NCBI RefSeq assembly: GCF_009914755.1
Contig: NC_060932.1
Length of the DNA: 64,000 nucleotides
From: the human T2T-CHM13v2.0 reference genome, Homo sapiens
Direction: 5' to 3' (one strand)
Shown here: positions 54,431 to 64,000 of the stretch, piece by piece
How the letters are laid out: each line of letters begins with the position of its first letter
Numbering within the stretch: the stretch's first letter is position 1
Notes under the pieces: generated by a model
Told to the model about the DNA's origin: nothing
Database searches by the model: none
What the model saw: only the letters and a program-made list of their open reading frames with translations
Translations under genes and position numbers: made by a program

Positions 54431-56729
54431 AATCTTTTCTAAGGAGAAATATAGAGAACAACCATAATTTTGGACTTTATAGAATGATGCCCTCATACTG
54501 GTGCTAGAATTTGGTAGCTTGGCTGAAAGGTAAACAAAAATTACTATACCAATGTAGTAATTCTTTTTTCCACATAATGATGCCTTTTTATGCTCTCATA
54601 TGTGGCTATTTTTAAACTTTTTATTTGCCAAACAGCTGTTTGCATATATAAACAGTCACTTGGGCATGCAAATCACATAATTTGCACATATTAATACTTA
54701 CACTTTAGCTTTGTTTTTAATGCAGAAATTGAAGAGGATTTGCCAACAAGCATTTATTGAGCACTGGCTATGTGCCAGGTAATAAAGGATTCTCATTTAT
54801 AATCTCTACATTTGTGCTTTCCCCCCCTAAAATCTTATAACTTGTATAATAATTTTTAAAAAATGTAAACAATTTCAACTTAGGATCAAATAGCTTGGAG
54901 TTTAAAAGGAAAAAGGAAAAAGAAGTTGTGCTCTTTAGTTCTTCAATACTGGGAGGCAAATGTCTTGAGTGTTTTAAGAATCCTGTTAGCCTTTTCACCC
55001 TGTCTTTCCCACCATGTGCCCAGAATAATTGATTATCCATGTATGATTCTATGAGCATTGTATTATAGAAAGCAGAGAACAATGGACAAAGATAATGAAA
55101 TCTCACATTTTCCCTGCCTACCTTTTTCTTTCAAACTAACCTAGATAAATAAAACTTCACATAAAAGCCTTTGAAATTTCATCATGGGTTTTTTGAAAGA
55201 GGTGAAAATTGACCTAGAAGCATTTGACCTATAACTTGGCTGCTACTGAAAGTCTAGCCTCATAATTCAGTGGTTCAGTGACAGCTTTGCCTATAAACCC
55301 AAGCCTTCATTTCACTGACATTTTCAGGTTTAGTCTCCTTGAAAATGCTAACAAAAGTGAAGCATATCATTTCTCTGCTTGGGACAGGAATGGTGATGTT
55401 TATGGAACCATTTGCTGTCTCAGGGGTAATCTCCTGGATAATTTGGATTAACCTTATCGGTTCTCTAGATACCGCATTACCCAGGGTGGATGATCTCCAG
55501 AATAACCTTTTCAGATCTTAAAGTTTTAACCCCAGCACCATGTTTTATCAAAAACCTTTCAACAGAAATTCAACTATCCAACCAGGCTTACTTCAACTCT
55601 TTTGAAAGTGGCCTTCATCCAGGCAAGGAAGCATAATATCTTCTGTGAATAATTCTAATTAGAAAGTGAGGCATCCTGACATCTCTTTCTCTTTACTTTT
55701 TTTACAAGAGAGTTGTTATATATCAAAGTGCCTCTCTCCTCATATTTGGTCAAGTTTTGAAATTGATTACCCTGGAAAGGGGGGTTGAATGCTTTTGTTA
55801 GTTTATTTGCTAGTAAAGAGTTTACTTAAATGAGTGGAGAATTTTCCCTAAGGAAGAATTTGTCTTTTAGACTGGCAACAGAAAGAATCTTTCATTTATA
55901 TTTTTATTGATCAAAAGTCCTTCTGGGCTTTTTTTTTTTAAAGGAAGAGGAAAAGTTAAATGCTTCCTGAAGCTGAGAGGAACCCTAAAATTCTGTCCCA
56001 CTAAAGACGTCCACATCCTGATAATGTTTTTAAAATCTAATTTAATGCTAAGAAATAATTATGTCAATAATGTAAGGCCAGAGCTTATAGTTCCGGTGTA
56101 AGGTTCTGAGTCTCACTTTCTCAAAAAAAAAAAGTGGAAAAATAAAATAATTTTGCAATTGTATTTTTTTAATTTTCAATTTTTTTAAAGTTTTGTTTTC
56201 TGCAATTGTAATTATAATGGTGTAAGTTGGTGAGTCCAGGTGATTCTCTGTAGATTTTCTGGAGAATCTTCATTCAGTTAGAATCAGTTCAGAGTGATGG
56301 AACAGAGTGGAGGTGGCTGATAGGACTAATGCCAGATCTGCAATGGCTGGAGTACTTCCATGCTCTTAGTCAAAAGGGATAATGGAAGAAAAAGTTACTT
56401 TGCATTCATCATATTGAAACCTGACTTGTGCTTCTGAAAGTGTGGTGTCCAGAACACTTTAACCAATCTGCTTTAGTTTGCTTCTGAAAATAGAGTCTGA
56501 AAGTGAGTACTTCAGCTATGGAGTGTGAGAAAATGTTGATTGCAGTTGAAGCCCTCTAGAGTTAGTAATGCTAATTCGAGCACTTTTTTACATGTAGGGT
56601 GAAGGAAAGTATTGAGGTTGTCCTCAAAATTTAAGATCCTGCTGCTAATTTACTCTGTAATATACCTTGAGCTGGTCACAGTAAAAGATCCAACAATTTT
56701 ACTTTAGAAGGAATGACTGAAGCCCCCTT

Positions 56730-56930
56730 CATAATAATAATTGTTTCTATTTCCTGATAATTTCCTTTGTGTGGGATGCTTTGCATGTATTAATATATAG
56801 TCTCATTAATTCTCACAACATGATCATCTCCATTTTACAGAGGTGAAAACTGAGATTCAAAAGATCTAGGCACATGCCTAAATTCCCCAGTCTGGGTTGA
56901 AATCCCACAGTGAAGCTGCTGTTGGAACCC
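56730..56930 (-). mobile_element. MIR
   Basis: ctcattaattctcacaac...ctccattttacagaggtgaaaactgagattca. Confidence 0.75.
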
Positions 56931-57257
56931 AATGTGTTTCTGAAGTTTGTGCTCTCTTCTTGCCTATGAAATGCTTAGTGACTCCCTGTTGAATCCTTTT
57001 GAAAATAAAATCAGAGAGATTAATGGGAAAAGCCAGCATATGGGGATAGGGAAAGGAAGTGATTGTGAAGGCAGTGGCATTTTCATTCAATTATATATTT
57101 GGATTATAATATGTAGGGTGGGGCCAGGCAGTTAGAGAATGAGCCAGTTAGCTATCTAGAGGCATTTCTGCTGAGTTTGAGAGCACAGTCTATTAGAAAG
57201 ATTAGTTCAGAGATTGGTAGGAGTATTTCTTGTTCTCAGACCAATGAACTAATGGAA

Positions 57258-57440
57258 TTTTTTTTTTTTTAATTTTAGACAGTCTAGTGCCACCATGCCT
57301 GGCTAATTTTTTTGAATTTTTAGTAGAAACTGGGTTTCACCATGTTGGCCAGGCTGGTCTCAAACTTCTGGCCTCAAGTCATCACCCCCCTTGGCCTCCC
57401 AAAGTGCTGGGATTGCAGGCATGAGCCACCATGCCTGGCC
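57258..57440 (-). mobile_element. Alu (J/early S) lacking most of its right arm
   Basis: Poly(T), tagacagtct, then directly gccaccatgcctggctaa and a complete left monomer. Confidence 0.9.
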
Positions 57441-57469
57441 CTGGAGTATGATATCCAAAGAAATAATAC

Positions 57470-57660
57470 AAATAATAGTTATCATTTATTGGACTCATCC
57501 TAAGTGTGAAACACTTTTCATAAATTATTTTTAACCTTACAACATCTCTGTAATGTAGGTATTATTGTTTCTGTTGTATGTTTAAAGACACAAAGAAACC
57601 AAGTATCATGGAGGTTAAATCAATTTTCCTAGGTTGGCAAGCAGGTCCATCTTGATCCCG
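57470..57660 (-). mobile_element. MIR
   Basis: aataatagttatcatttattgg...ccttacaacatctctgtaatgtagg...gaggttaaatcaattttcctagg. Confidence 0.6.
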
Positions 57661-57662
57661 AG

Positions 57663-60259
<2,597 letters not shown>

Positions 60260-61956
60260 CCAAGTTTTCATTCTTTCCACTGTATCTCACTGTCTCAGAG
60301 AAAAAATATTTGTCACCCTTCCTTACCCATTGCATGCTAAATATACGATTTGAGAATAAATGTCTTAGAACTATGTTTTAAGACTGATCAGTTTTGCATA
60401 TTAGACTAGAGGTACTGGTAAGGGCACACAGTACGTTAGGTGGGTTAAAGTAGGTTTTAGAGAGGAGACACCCACAACATTTTCTTTTCTGATCTTATTA
60501 TATAGTACCTTAGGCAAGTGTGGTCTGAAAGCAGTGGCACTGGTCTGAGAGGTAGACCATGTCTGCTTCCAAGTCACATAACTTCACTGAGCCCAATTCT
60601 CATATCTGTTTTGTTTTATCCTCTTTCTATTGCAGTGTCTGGCATATAGTAGGAATGAGATATATGATATGAATGAGGAGGCTGGGACTGCTAATTTTTA
60701 GTTGCCTTCAGTTATAAAATTCTGTGACTCAGGCATAGTAACTTTTGTTTTTTGATGATTTACTTGAGGAAAATCACATCAATCTCTCTTGTAAGGTCTT
60801 AACTAGTATGATATTTTGTAAGATATAAATAAGGGTCTTCTAGCAAAAGATAACAACACCATGTCTTTCCTTTGAAAGAGTTATGATAATTTATTAATAA
60901 TTTGTATTGAACAAATGCCACAAATGTGATGGGTACTCTAGAGAAAATAGGACCTGTCCCACAGGTTCACAGTCTGAAGAATTTCATGGCATCAATATTA
61001 ATGACTAAGTTTAAAAGTGACTACATTCCAGAGTCTGGTCACATATATTGTAGCACAGAAAAGATTCAGATTGAAATCAGCCCAGACATCACCAGAGAGA
61101 AGACAGTTCTCTAAAAGCCTATTCTATTGGTGGGACTTTTTCTTTGCTTCTTGTTGTTGTGGTTTGGAATGTTAGGCACTGATATGTGGTCTCATAAAGT
61201 ATGGAAGCCAGCTGCTTTGTGCTTATATAGGAAAAGTCCAAAAGTCGGTAATTTGCCGTGTAAAGACCAATCGCATCTTGATTCTCAGTTTACTCACTTG
61301 GAAAAGTTGATAGAAGTGTTTGCATCATCAGTTTATTGTGGAGATTCATAATGAATGACTGTAGAATAATCCAAGAAAGTTCTAGTTCCATGGCAATGAT
61401 ATGCATATTGCAAAATTTCCAGTCCTATGAAAAGATCAAAATAAATCTTTAGCTCATATTCATTGAAGTGTTTCAGTGGAACTTGAACCATGTGATTCTG
61501 TTACTCTTCTTTTCTAAAAGTCTTAATAACAAAAGAAAAGAAAGATAAGGGGGAAACTGTTTGTTCACAACAGTAGCATTAAGAAGTGTATAATTTGCAA
61601 AACCTCCTGAAACTGTGGTACTTTCTTCAACCACAAGTGGGGACTATTTGTAAATGTGTTGTTATATTCTCCAGAATTGTACTAATAACATATAGTTATT
61701 TCAAGTTGTAATTTATATCTTATCTTTTACTTGCAGAGAATTTGAAACAGTAAAGGAATAATGTTTCATGGAAAAATAGAAAACTCAGATGTTGCATAAT
61801 GATTTTCTATTATTTAAAAAATTTATTTATCTCCTTACTAATTCATATATGTATTCATTCAATCAATATTATTAAATTTCACCTACTGAGCTAGGTGAAG
61901 AAGATAAAGAGATAACTAATCATAAGCTTTCTCATTTAATTTCTTTCTTATTAATT

Positions 61957-64000
<2,044 letters not shown>

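Noticed and set aside
54726-54778. Possible 53-nt exon (tgcag|...ccag|gtaata)
   Set aside because: Weak donor, and largely made of an L2/MIR-like end (catttattgagcac...tgtgccagg).
55328-55521. Acceptor-like site followed by short open frames
   Set aside because: No convincing donor and no recognisable protein similarity.

Overview
Primate (most likely human or hominoid) AT-rich genomic DNA dominated by interspersed repeats, either intergenic or deep intronic. I found no intact protein-coding gene, tRNA, rRNA or CRISPR array. Every long ORF in the track is a broken LINE-1 ORF1/ORF2, MaLR-internal, Tigger1 or Alu-derived frame. Layout: a near full-length L1PA3/4-type element (1-5092); a scrambled block of old L1 fragments (5125-8809); nested and truncated LTR elements (10654-12713); about 21 kb of mostly unique sequence with Alu/MIR/L2/L1M fossils and one good CTCF-motif match; a 16.7-kb nested L1 stack inside one old full-length L1 bounded by a TSD (34101-50785), which includes a textbook twin-primed 5'-inverted L1PA; a complete THE1 provirus (57663-60259); and a Tigger1 DNA transposon running off the right edge. 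I see no evidence for a new biological system. The most interesting signals are mutational scars: a ~260-bp complex templated insertion in Tigger1 that copies unique DNA from 1.2 kb away, several other template-switch or serial-duplication scars, shared non-consensus bases between two L1PA copies 45.7 kb apart, and a 61-bp insertion flanked by an apparent TSD that matches no repeat I recognise. Subfamily names come from remembered consensus sequences and are approximate, and boundaries of old repeats are good only to tens of bp.
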